Source of the DNA: a virus | Lineage: Duplodnaviria > Caudoviricetes | Virus record (IMG/VR): IMGVR_UViG_3300012952_003943 | Coordinates: 13,003-77,002 of that record | Reading direction: 5' to 3' (one strand) | DNA: 64,000 nt | Shown here: positions 9,285-19,500 of the stretch, in pieces | Numbering within the stretch: position 1 is the first letter of the stretch | Layout of the letters: the number at the start of each line of letters is the position of its first letter | Notes under the pieces: generated by a model | What the model was told of the DNA's origin: nothing | Database searches by the model: none | What the model saw: the letters and a program-made list of their open reading frames with translations, nothing else | Translations under genes and position numbers: made by a program

Positions 9285-11921
9285 TTATCCTCCCACCACG
9301 AAAACAGGGTACTCTTCGCTTTCAGTAACGTTGGCACCCTCTGATTCTTGGCCGTAAGTATAGTCAGCAAATACAGGGACTATAGAGTATGTAGTTGTCC
9401 CTATCTCAGAACCAAGATCATCATCCACATATTCAAATTTACCGGTTGAAGACATGTTGTGTACTGTACCTATAGGACTTTTAACTCCCTCATGCTCAGC
9501 CAAAATGATAAAATGATCAATTTCGTCTAGCGCACCGAGTGCAGTCCATCCTATAATCGTCTCATATTCTCCTGAGGATGCAGCATTCACAGAAGTAATT
9601 TGTGTCCTTTGACTGGGTATTGAAACGTCTGCGCTTACGTCGATTGATGATCTTCCTTGCAGGAACTGATTTTTTGGTACAAGGCCAGACAAAGATGAAG
9701 CACCAAGACCCCTAGCAGTCGAAGGAATAACGCCTGTTCGCAGAGTAAAGGGATTTAAAAACTTTGAGACCTTTAACTGAAAATCTCTATCTGTGTCTAT
9801 ATTAACACTAAGCTCAGTCGTATCTGAAAACAGAGAACCAGGATCTCTCATTAATGCCTTACATGTGTACCTATAGGTCCTTCCGGGCAAGGTATCGGTC
9901 ACACCTGCTTTCGCTCTTGTCTCCCTGTTATCAATAAATACACCTATTTTTTGCACACCAAAAGTTTCTGTTTCACCTGATATGTTATCCTGTCTTTCTA
10001 CCAACGCTGCTATCATAGATGAGAGGCGGCCTCTATTGTCTGAGATTTCTTTTTGAAAGTCTGCGGAAACACCTGCCTGATCTAGCAACTGTAAGACCTG
10101 ATTGTACCCTTCATCCGTGAATGCGGCTGTAACATCGAAACTAACAGTTGCGGTACCGCTGTCATCTATCGTTACTGTTGGTTGCCCCAGAGATAATGTT
10201 ATATTATCTTGCTCAAAGTCAACGATATGCTCATGAAGCACATCTACTTTTCCTAAAACTTTTTTTCCAGAAGGGTATATCATCACACATTGATATCGAT
10301 ATATCCTGTTTGGTTTTGCGTCAGGATCTACAAATATTAGCTCTGTCGACTCTGATGTTATCGGTATTACCTGATCATCAGGATCCTTTCCGATAATTTC
10401 GCAATGCCCGTGGTGTGGTCGAGTCGCACACTTATTTGTCATGTTTGTCTTTAATATGTACGCAGCAATTGGTCCCTCAGGAATATTGCTCAACCTGATC
10501 CTCACTCCGCTTAAAGAAGACTCAGCAAAAATTGAAACATGCTCAAAGTCACCGCTTTTAACGCTCCCCTTTGTTGGCAGCGAAAGGGCCCTTGAAACAG
10601 CATTCCTAAAACCCCTTGACTTTGTCCCCCTAGGGCCCACTGCAACAGCACGATATATACATGTCATCGTGTTGTTTACTTCATCTGTGTAGTTCATCGA
10701 GCCGTCATCATATCCTAGCGATAATACTGTAATTTTTTTATACCCCCTAGAAATACTAGCGTCTTTAGGGTTCAGGTATTTTCTATACAGAATGATCTTT
10801 GTTCCCATGGGATCAAGCTGCTGAAGTTGCAGCCTATTCAACCCCAGCGTAGAACTTGAGATCTGGATTGAGGGCGGAGCTTTTGGAGTAAAGTATTCGT
10901 CTAGCTTTTTCTCGTGATTTACCTCCCTCACAGTTTGGTAAACTATTTGCCCTCTAGAGCCAAGAAGCTCGAACAAGAAATACAGCTTTGAAGAGCCTTT
11001 TCCGGCGCGCCTATTAATATAGACAACCTGGTTCATGCCTTTCCACCGAGCAGGAACGATCTTCCTTATTATATTGGTATTTGTCGTGACTGTTGATATA
11101 CCTCCATGGCGGCGAGTCTTTCTGTCTCTTTGAAAATGTGTCATTAAGTTCTTTGTTGAATTATGAAACCTGCCCCTGCGTAGTGCAAGAGATTTTTTTC
11201 GTGCCGCTTTTACCCTAGCGATCTTTGAAGACACGTCCCTAGCCCTTTGCTGACGTCCATACTTCTGAATTCGGACACGCATCGCTCTTGTACTTCCTGA
11301 ACCTTTAATTCCTTGGGTGGCATCCCTAGAAGAAATAAGGGGAAAGTCAATATTACCAACAAAAGAAGGGTCAATGCCATGATTAATAATTGATTTTACG
11401 GCGCTCGACCTGATAGACTTTCCTAATATCCTGTCTTTTGTTGTTAAAAGAGACAGTGACGTATTTGCGCTTTCTTGATTTTTGGTCTTAGATGCCTCTG
11501 TAGACTTTACGGCACGAAGGATTGTCTTGTTTCCAACTAGTCGGTCGGCCTGATCAGGGGCACGAAGGATCCTTTGAGCTACCTCATTATTAATCGAAGA
11601 AGTAATATCACCGTATGATCTACCGACAAACCTCTCCTTAGACTTTCTTATCTGATCCTTTCTAGACGAAAACCTTGTTTGAACATTTTTGACTACGCCC
11701 CTAGAAGTTTGAACGCCTTGAAAAAAGCTACTTCTGACTAACGGATTTCTTGTATACACTGTCATCCTGACTATTTTTGCATCGCGTAGAATGCTATTCG
11801 GTATATTTGCGAAATAGTTTATCCTATAAACAGGCCTGCCGAACCTATCAATATCCACTAGTCTTGCAAAGTCTTTATCAATCTTTAAAACACTTTTGAC
11901 TTGTTTTAAGTTAATCTTCAT
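9285..11921 (-). CDS. Hypothetical structural protein with several FN3/Ig-like domains (878 aa)
   Basis: Recurrent FN3-like ends (YTDEVNNTMTCIYRAVAV; FVDPDAKPNRIYRYQC; LPGRTYRYTCKA; YVDDDLGSEIGTTTYSIVPV) plus an Arg/Lys-rich segment. Confidence 0.6.
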   Translation of the reverse strand: MKINLKQVKSVLKIDKDFARLVDIDRFGRPVYRINYFANIPNSILRDAKIVRMTVYTRNPLVRSSFFQGVQTSRGVVKNVQTRFSSRKDQIRKSKERFVGRSYGDITSSINNEVAQRILRAPDQADRLVGNKTILRAVKSTEASKTKNQESANTSLSLLTTKDRILGKSIRSSAVKSIINHGIDPSFVGNIDFPLISSRDATQGIKGSGSTRAMRVRIQKYGRQQRARDVSSKIARVKAARKKSLALRRGRFHNSTKNLMTHFQRDRKTRRHGGISTVTTNTNIIRKIVPARWKGMNQVVYINRRAGKGSSKLYFLFELLGSRGQIVYQTVREVNHEKKLDEYFTPKAPPSIQISSSTLGLNRLQLQQLDPMGTKIILYRKYLNPKDASISRGYKKITVLSLGYDDGSMNYTDEVNNTMTCIYRAVAVGPRGTKSRGFRNAVSRALSLPTKGSVKSGDFEHVSIFAESSLSGVRIRLSNIPEGPIAAYILKTNMTNKCATRPHHGHCEIIGKDPDDQVIPITSESTELIFVDPDAKPNRIYRYQCVMIYPSGKKVLGKVDVLHEHIVDFEQDNITLSLGQPTVTIDDSGTATVSFDVTAAFTDEGYNQVLQLLDQAGVSADFQKEISDNRGRLSSMIAALVERQDNISGETETFGVQKIGVFIDNRETRAKAGVTDTLPGRTYRYTCKALMRDPGSLFSDTTELSVNIDTDRDFQLKVSKFLNPFTLRTGVIPSTARGLGASSLSGLVPKNQFLQGRSSIDVSADVSIPSQRTQITSVNAASSGEYETIIGWTALGALDEIDHFIILAEHEGVKSPIGTVHNMSSTGKFEYVDDDLGSEIGTTTYSIVPVFADYTYGQESEGANVTESEEYPVFVVGG

Positions 11922-11925
11922 ATCG

Positions 11926-12873
11926 TTAGTCCAAAATTACCGTAAATAGATTCACAAACGTTGCATTACCAAAGTCGTCCTGGTATACCCTTCCCAGAAA
12001 AAATACCCTAACACCAGCAGAGTATGGATCTTCATCAGGAAACTCCCCAAAGTCTATGATCGCCAACTTTTCAATCCCGTCCGGGCGGACGTCTAACATT
12101 TGACACACTATGTTATTATCTTTTGAGGTTTCTGAAAATCTTATTTCAATTGACTCTTTATTTTCCAACTGCTGCATTAAATCTTGATAAGTTAAGATTT
12201 GTGCTTGATTTAATTTCTTGTACGTACCAAGAGGCTTTCCAGTAGTCCTGCCTGCCTCCCTCCTGTTAACAGGAGGTAAGTACCTATAGTTAGGAAGGTG
12301 TGATAACCTAACATCCTGGAAAAGGCTCTCAACATCATTAATTGATGACTTTGTAATACTGCCGGCCTGAAATGGCACTGAATCTGTGATCCTAAACTTC
12401 ATGTCTTTGGGGTACAAAGAAAATGCATTACTTTCTGAAAATGGATCTGTCGTTCCGATGATATATTGATCCTGAAAGTTTGTCGTTGATGTCTCAAGCA
12501 CCCGTTGCGCAGCACTGCGGATGGAACCTGTCAATACCTGCAGCCTCTTTCCAGACGGAGCAGACTCAGAGGGTGCAGAACCTGACAGTAGTTTTCCTCC
12601 TGATATTTCTACATCACCGCCTCGAAACGGCATAAGCCGGCCGGCATCATCTGTCTCAAAAATAATTTGATCTTGCTGGCGATTGCACGCTTCAAAATAC
12701 AGCCTCGATGACGCATCATCAGCGATACTTCCGGAGTTGCCGGTATAAAACGTTCCCATATCGGTAAAACTAGCAAACTTAATTTGCAGTTCTCCGTCAG
12801 CAACCTGCCGTCGCCCTTCAAGAGTAATGATCGTATCCATTACTCGCTTTTTGTTATTTAGTATGCCTGCCAT
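11926..12873 (-). CDS. Conserved structural protein, paralogous at the N-terminus to 2096-2806 (315 aa)
   Basis: MAGILNNKKRVMDTIITLEGRRQVADGELQIKFASFTD aligns by eye with the D-x-x-[LI]-T-x-x-GR N-terminus of the 236 aa protein. Confidence 0.6.
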   Translation of the reverse strand: MAGILNNKKRVMDTIITLEGRRQVADGELQIKFASFTDMGTFYTGNSGSIADDASSRLYFEACNRQQDQIIFETDDAGRLMPFRGGDVEISGGKLLSGSAPSESAPSGKRLQVLTGSIRSAAQRVLETSTTNFQDQYIIGTTDPFSESNAFSLYPKDMKFRITDSVPFQAGSITKSSINDVESLFQDVRLSHLPNYRYLPPVNRREAGRTTGKPLGTYKKLNQAQILTYQDLMQQLENKESIEIRFSETSKDNNIVCQMLDVRPDGIEKLAIIDFGEFPDEDPYSAGVRVFFLGRVYQDDFGNATFVNLFTVILD

Positions 12874-12891
12874 ATCCTATAACTATCCTCA

Positions 12892-15800
12892 TCAAGAAGT
12901 CGTTAGCGAAAGAGTAAAAGAGATTATCTCTAAACACACTCCAGTAAAGCTACTGCAGTCTGAAACGTCGAGGTTTCCATTTAGGTTATTATAGTTCCCG
13001 AATACCCATGAGGTTGAGTTGACTACCTGGTCTGCAAGATCGTCCGCGACTATAAGCGCAGATGAACCGTATATGTCTGACGACACAGACATTACATACG
13101 GAACTTGCCAAAATGGATTTGATTGAATTCTTCCAGCGGTGCTGTTCGGCATGTTAGTATTAACTCCAGAAGAGTACTGCTCAGGAGCGCAAAATACTAA
13201 TGCTAGCCTACCCCCGGCAGCGACTTGCTTATCATTCGTAAATGGGATTGTGACTACACAGTCAACGAGCTGGTTCACTCGCGTTGCTTTTGTTACTGAG
13301 TACTCTACCTGGAGACGCGCAGGAAACTTTCCGCTCCCATCACCCCAGCCTTCACTTCGATAATTTGCCGACGGAATTGCCAGTTCGCTACCCCCAGATA
13401 TCCATGCCATTGACTGGCGATTATTCACATAAGGTATTTTGCTAATTGGTCGGATGATTGTTGATCCAGCCTCAAAGTCTCCTGCGCTGCTTAAAGCAAA
13501 GTTTGTACTGTCAGCATAGTCAGCTGATGCATCAGTTCCGAGATTTATGAGATAACAATCAATAAAACTTCTTGCAGTTCCAGTAAATATGCTAGCCTGC
13601 CTTTCATATGAGCTAGATGAGCCTCGGGTGAAATTTTGATCCCTGACCCTGACCTTTGCAGTAATCGTCATAGAGTCTACGCTTATCGTTGATGCCGTAT
13701 TATTTTGAAATACTGTCATATCTTCGACAAAGTCTTCAATGATAAATGGGGTGTGGGAAGCTGCGCCTTCCAGATAAAGCTGGGCTGGATTCCTACATGT
13801 CTCTGCGTTGCCGCTAGAGTTATTTTTTGCAACAGCCCAACCATTCCACTTCACAGATCCCCCAGGGCCTGGTGTTGCCATGGGGTGATATCCTGATCCT
13901 GTACCGGAGAATCCTTGGCTTCCAGCGCCCTCTGTTCCTATCTTAACAGAGTCGCCGGAAAGATAAGAGAACCACTGTGGATACGCGGATGTGACCCGAG
14001 TATATTCCCAATGCCTAAGGTCCGATTGTGATGCTGAATCTCCCGTAAAGTCATTTGAATATAATCCAAACCCCAACCGATCTACTAAGTTACTGCCGAA
14101 GTTTTGCTGATCATTCTTTAGATCGCTAGTCATATCTGTGTAGTACGCCGAGTAGGTTCGGCTACCGACCGTCGACCACTCTGTGCTCGAAACTATTAGT
14201 GCCTTGCCATTAATGGCTTGGCTTGCGGACGTTCCATCGATTCCTGCCTTTGACTTTGTTAGGTTTTGATTTAACACATACGATGTTGAGTTCCCTAATG
14301 AATCCTTGATAGTCATTGTATACTCAATTGAAGCAACATCATGAGAGTTAGAGAATGAGGTTGGGTTATTTGTTGTAACCGTTGTGCTTGAATGAGTAAG
14401 TGTTGTAGGGGCAGTGATTCTATTCGCCGCTGTCGCAACAACCTTGAATGTAGAATTACTAGATAAACTAGCATCTGCAGTCAGCGCTGTTGATCCCTCG
14501 TAAGCCTTGAATGTTGCAGCTGCCGGTGCATAGTCTGATACTACTCCTGCGCTTGATGCAGGAAGTGTAACTGCGTTTGGTGTCCAGTCAAATGTAATTC
14601 CTGACTGGCCAACTTGTCCCTGGGCACGTTTTTGGATAGACAGGACCATCGCTCCTGTGTGTGTTGTGCCCCCTAAGTTTCCGGATGTTGGAAAGCTTAC
14701 CTGAATCCCTGTCCACTTTACACTTGCGGCAGGTGACGTCTGCGTTGCATTTTCGACTAGAGCCTTGCATTGATTTGATACAGCAGATAGCTGCAACCGA
14801 AGAAGTTCGTTATTTCCACCGTCGTATATTTCAACTTCATGATTAGAAGAGTCATAAGTTACTGAAATACTTGGGATTGTTGCGCCGTTTTCATCAATTG
14901 CAATTGCCGACCAGGATGAGCTAGTTTGATCAAATGAATATTGGTTTGTGCTAGGTGATGTTCCACCGGTCAAATTAAACTGTAATGTCGTCGTTAGGCT
15001 AACCACAGCTGCTGTTGAAAATGATCCTGCACCGTACGTCGGGGTCCAGTCGCTAGTACTATCAAGCGCTATCACCTGAGGCTTCCAAGCAGCAGATAGG
15101 CCGTCTCTTCCGTCATCACCCTTTCTGGCCTTTGATATTGACTGTACAACACTAGCGCCTGAAATCGTGGTACCATTTGCCTTCTTTATTTCTAATGTCC
15201 ATACAATCGTAGTACTATCACTGCTCATTGAGCTTATTGCAGCATACTGAAGACTGCTGGTACCGGCACCACTCTCATTTGATGTTGATTGATTGGTAGT
15301 ACCTGCACTGATTGCTGTTACCTTAAACTGCCCAGCGGACAGTGATCCCCCATACGCAACTGATGTCAGGGCCGTTCCACCCTCCAAAACCTTGATTGTT
15401 GCAGCAGTTGGAGCAAAGCTGGCCACATTGCCTGATGCATCTGAAGCTAGGGTAACTGCGGCCGGTGTAACTGACATTGATACCCCTAATCCATCTTGGC
15501 CTGCAGTTGCCTTAGATATACTCTGGATTACCGCCGATGTTTGTGATGATCCGTCTGATAGCTTTGCTTCTATGTCCCACTTTATTTCTGTGGAAGGGGT
15601 TGACATCGATGATATCGCACCATACGGTAGGCTACCCCCTGAGGGTGTGCCCTCATTGGATGTTGCTTGGTTGGTTGATCCTGCTACAATTGATGTAACC
15701 CTAAACTGGCCGTTGGACAACGAGCCACCATGGGCAACAGCGGTAAGTGATGAAGCACCTTCAGTGACGACTATGGTACATGCTGTGCCGCTATAATCGC

Positions 15801-16503
15801 TGACAGCACCTTGGCTGTCGGCCGGTAACGTAACTGAGTTTGGCTTTACACTATAGCTGGTACCCCCAATACCCTCGACTGTAACTGTGTAAACGTGGGG
15901 AAATGTAGCGCTAACAGCAACCCCATCAGCGGTGTATGCGTATATCGTCACGCTAAGAGTATTGACTGCGGTTGTAGATCCTGTCCAGTTGCTAGGGGTG
16001 ATATGTGCTTGATTATTGACTTTAGTAATAGCAGCAGACAGGCTGGACATCGAGTTTAAAGAGATGTAATATGTACCTTGCTTTTGATAGCTGGCACTAT
16101 TTGAGTCTTCATATGTGTATGTTGTTGCACCTGAATTAACATACACATCAAATTCACCAACTGAGTAGTTTGTAACGCCTGTCTGGGTATCATACGGAAA
16201 CTGTGTATTGTCTTTTGTGATTCCCCATGTAAGTCCAGTGGTAGGCTGTCCCCCTACATCAAGCTCATCGCATGTGATCTTGCCATAAACACGTAGGTTT
16301 GCGCCGAAACTTGATCTACCGATTAAGACATCATGAATCGTGGAAATGTATATGATGTCTTTTGAGATACCATCATTTCTAGAAAACCAAAATACACTTT
16401 TCCGGAGCTTGTCTATGGGAATTTGCGGGTCATGTACAGCAGTATGGGGAGCTTTTGGTTTTGCCTTTTGAGGCCGGCCCCTTACTTTCCATTTCTTAGC
16501 CAC
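12892..16503 (-). CDS. Tail fibre / receptor-binding-like protein with internal Ig-like repeats (1203 aa)
   Basis: GTG start with GGGGG SD; S/T/G/A-rich beta composition; about 120 aa repeats ending K-x-x-G-x-D-G. Confidence 0.65.
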   Translation of the reverse strand: MAKKWKVRGRPQKAKPKAPHTAVHDPQIPIDKLRKSVFWFSRNDGISKDIIYISTIHDVLIGRSSFGANLRVYGKITCDELDVGGQPTTGLTWGITKDNTQFPYDTQTGVTNYSVGEFDVYVNSGATTYTYEDSNSASYQKQGTYYISLNSMSSLSAAITKVNNQAHITPSNWTGSTTAVNTLSVTIYAYTADGVAVSATFPHVYTVTVEGIGGTSYSVKPNSVTLPADSQGAVSDYSGTACTIVVTEGASSLTAVAHGGSLSNGQFRVTSIVAGSTNQATSNEGTPSGGSLPYGAISSMSTPSTEIKWDIEAKLSDGSSQTSAVIQSISKATAGQDGLGVSMSVTPAAVTLASDASGNVASFAPTAATIKVLEGGTALTSVAYGGSLSAGQFKVTAISAGTTNQSTSNESGAGTSSLQYAAISSMSSDSTTIVWTLEIKKANGTTISGASVVQSISKARKGDDGRDGLSAAWKPQVIALDSTSDWTPTYGAGSFSTAAVVSLTTTLQFNLTGGTSPSTNQYSFDQTSSSWSAIAIDENGATIPSISVTYDSSNHEVEIYDGGNNELLRLQLSAVSNQCKALVENATQTSPAASVKWTGIQVSFPTSGNLGGTTHTGAMVLSIQKRAQGQVGQSGITFDWTPNAVTLPASSAGVVSDYAPAAATFKAYEGSTALTADASLSSNSTFKVVATAANRITAPTTLTHSSTTVTTNNPTSFSNSHDVASIEYTMTIKDSLGNSTSYVLNQNLTKSKAGIDGTSASQAINGKALIVSSTEWSTVGSRTYSAYYTDMTSDLKNDQQNFGSNLVDRLGFGLYSNDFTGDSASQSDLRHWEYTRVTSAYPQWFSYLSGDSVKIGTEGAGSQGFSGTGSGYHPMATPGPGGSVKWNGWAVAKNNSSGNAETCRNPAQLYLEGAASHTPFIIEDFVEDMTVFQNNTASTISVDSMTITAKVRVRDQNFTRGSSSSYERQASIFTGTARSFIDCYLINLGTDASADYADSTNFALSSAGDFEAGSTIIRPISKIPYVNNRQSMAWISGGSELAIPSANYRSEGWGDGSGKFPARLQVEYSVTKATRVNQLVDCVVTIPFTNDKQVAAGGRLALVFCAPEQYSSGVNTNMPNSTAGRIQSNPFWQVPYVMSVSSDIYGSSALIVADDLADQVVNSTSWVFGNYNNLNGNLDVSDCSSFTGVCLEIISFTLSLTTS
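14233..15855 (-). repeat. Three clear and one degenerate ~120 aa protein repeats in the tail fibre
   Basis: Units at about 15490-15855, 15109-15477 and 14233-14592 share P-x-[AS]-V-T-L-x-A/S...EG-x-x-x-LT...Q-x-[IL]-[ST]-K-x-x-x-G-x-D-G; a degenerate unit lies between the second and third. Confidence 0.75.
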
Positions 16504-16516
16504 TTAGTCCCCCGCA

Positions 16517-19500
16517 CTATATAGTAATCGTAAAGTCAGCATTGACGTCAGGGTTGTCTTCCCTGTCCCTTACGTCTCCATCAAAATATGGTACTGATGA
16601 CGTTGCGTGTGAGCTTAGGTTTTGAGATCTTGTGTTGATGGGTGAAGTAGTATCACCTGTCTCTGAATCTATGAATAGCACTGAAACTGCTGGTACAGTT
16701 ACAAATGATCTGTCATTTTCTGACTCACCACCCTCATTAAAGAACCGCGTGTTCTTTCTTTGCTCTAGCATATCCCTAAACTGCCCGTACGTTTCTCTTC
16801 TGTACACCGCAGACGCATTCACTGGAAGCGCGCTTTTTAGGCCATATTTCCAACCCCTGATCTTTGGTGTTGATCTTCTAGTGCCAATATTTGTGGGGAC
16901 TAAATCAACAGAGCCACTCATACCATTCCCAGAGCCAAACCAGAATTTAAGGATAGCGTCTCTTGCAGCAGGAAGCTCAGTCTCACCAGCAGGGCTAGAA
17001 ATAATAATATCGTTTCCGCCACCGGGAAGTGCCAAAAAAACGCTTTTAGGAATTGCTTTTCCTATAACACTATTAGATGAATTGACAATATTGATTTCAT
17101 CATCAAACCCATCTAAAAGAGATAACCGGTCGACATCAGCATATACACCCTCAAACGGAAATGCACCCATCCAACGAGCGTTAATCGCGTCAGATCCAAA
17201 AGTAATAGAGAAGCTATTGTCTGCTAACCCATATGGTGCAACAGGAATTGCATCGTCTGCGCCGCCTGATCCTGCTCCCCCGTTTAAAGATTCTGCCAAG
17301 CCCGGGTTTGTTATGGCATGGTATATAGAAGGATCACCAACCAGGCTATCATAGTACCGTTCACCAGAGTCAGGGTGCCTGACAAATCTCCTAAATGTTC
17401 CGGAGTCTTGTAGGGTCATTGATCGATTGAGATTCTGCCAGGGTGTCCCAATTGCTGCAGCATTGGGTGTACCGTTTGCTGTCGCAGAAATTCCCCTTGC
17501 TTTGGGCGTAGGCCATGGGGCTGGTGTCGAAGCACCACCAATTGATTCTTCATCCAGCATACTGCCGGTAACATGCTCCTCGAACATGCTGCCAGCAAAG
17601 CTCTCAATATATTCAACATCAAACTGATCAACAACAGGGTTGTCTCCAATTACTTGATGAATTTGGTTTGACACCAGTGATTGTTCTGACGATGGTAGGA
17701 GTTCCTTGTCCTGCTTGATAAACGAGCCAAACAGAATCAGTTTTCCCGCACCAGGCTCAAGGGTCATATTTGGCCCTGAGCCTCGTCGTCCATGGAAATT
17801 GTACCCATATGGATCCTTTGTTGATGGACCACAGTCGGTCACTCGGCCTAGCTTTCCTGGCATGGTTGTCTGCCACCCAAAAACCAGTTGATCTTCTGGC
17901 ATTATGATATAAGGGCTTGTATCATCAAATTCAAATGTATTGACATTTCGTGGCCTTACCGACATCCGAAGGTAGTTTTGTTCGCTGGTGTAATCAAGAT
18001 CTGGAGCGACCCCCCGGGGTTGCATACCGTCTACACCTTTCACTAATGCGCGTGGGTCAGTTGAACGTATACCCCTTCCGGATCTTCCGCCTCTCCAAGA
18101 TGTGCGGAAGTTAAACTCATCATTCCCATCATGACCGGTCTGGAATGAAAATGATCCTGACATTGTTACCGGACGCTTTGAGACTCCTCTCATGATGTAA
18201 CTTCCAGTGGGTGAAGGCTGAACCTTATGGGTACCACCCCTACTGATGTTCAACGTTCCACCATTTTGTACTTCAAACTCAGCCAGGCCATCACCTGAGT
18301 CGATCCTGATTCGATCACCTGGCTTATAGCCATACCCACGTACGGCCCCATCTACAAGAATTGTGGTGACCGCACCGCCGGCTCCGATGGCTGTCACATA
18401 TACCTTTGCACCTACCCCGGTGCTGCTACCTTGAGCAGTCGTACCCAGCAGGGCTGCGGGATCGGCTGTATATCCAGAACCCCCAGCGGTCTTGATTAGA
18501 TCGCCTGGATAGCCGGTGAGAGGGCCGTATAGAGTGGGTGGTTCAAAATCAGCTGTCGGCTGAAATGATGTTGCATTAAAGTCACCGAAATTTTGTGTGG
18601 CAGCCTCAAAAGGAGTAAAATAACCATAATCTAGCGTGTTGACTTCTCTTGCTAGCCCTTCGTCGAGCACTCCACTCATATCATTAATCATAATAGCATA
18701 AGGTATGCCTGAAGGGCTCTGTGATCCTGAGGGTGCTGGTGCATAGGTTGTCCACTGCCCGTAGGTCACCAGATCACGTGTCGTATCAACAACAGCTGTA
18801 GTTGCATTGCTGCCACTAGTAAGCTGAGTTTTTCTTGGTACAGACCCAGTGATCTCAAATATGCCTAGAGCACCATTATCATCAACATTTGCTGAGAGTG
18901 AGTTATATGAATAAGGGAACGATGCCTTTGATTGCCTAAGCATAAAAAATGAATTGATCGCTGCCCTGTGACACTGGTCAACATATGTCGGCATCCACAT
19001 CGGGTCGCCTCCTGACAATCCAGATCTCCCCATACAATCTGTCCACCCCGAATTTTCTCCGTTGTCGATCTGTGCGTTTGACTGGCTCGTTATCTGGTTC
19101 CAGCCGTTTGAATCAGCCAGGCTCGGTACTGAGCCTGATCTGTATGAATCGTAAAATGATAGATTTGTCAAAAAATCATATGATGAACCCGGGCTCCATG
19201 ATCCAGAATATGCATATACATATTTTTCTAGAACAAACGGAGCCGTGATGTACCTAGACATATCAAGGGCTTGAGAGCCCGTAGCATGGAACTTGGGGTG
19301 AAATGGAAATCCGAATTCTGAGATGGGCCGGCATTGTGAGTTTGTTCCTGATGCAATAAGCTCAACCCCTCTAGAAAAGCCTATACATGCAGTGTCTAGA
19401 AATGACTTGACCTGCCCCTCTGAGTATACACGTTGGGTTTGGCCAGGACCAATAGTCTCCCACATCCTTCTGTCAAAATTGTAATACACCATCAAGTTAT

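Noticed and set aside
9284-9370. Longer N-termini given by the track at 9370, 37086, 38915, 53385 and 58260
   Set aside because: Downstream ATGs (9283, 37077, 38891, 53352, 58245) have better SD or translational coupling and avoid or shorten overlaps.
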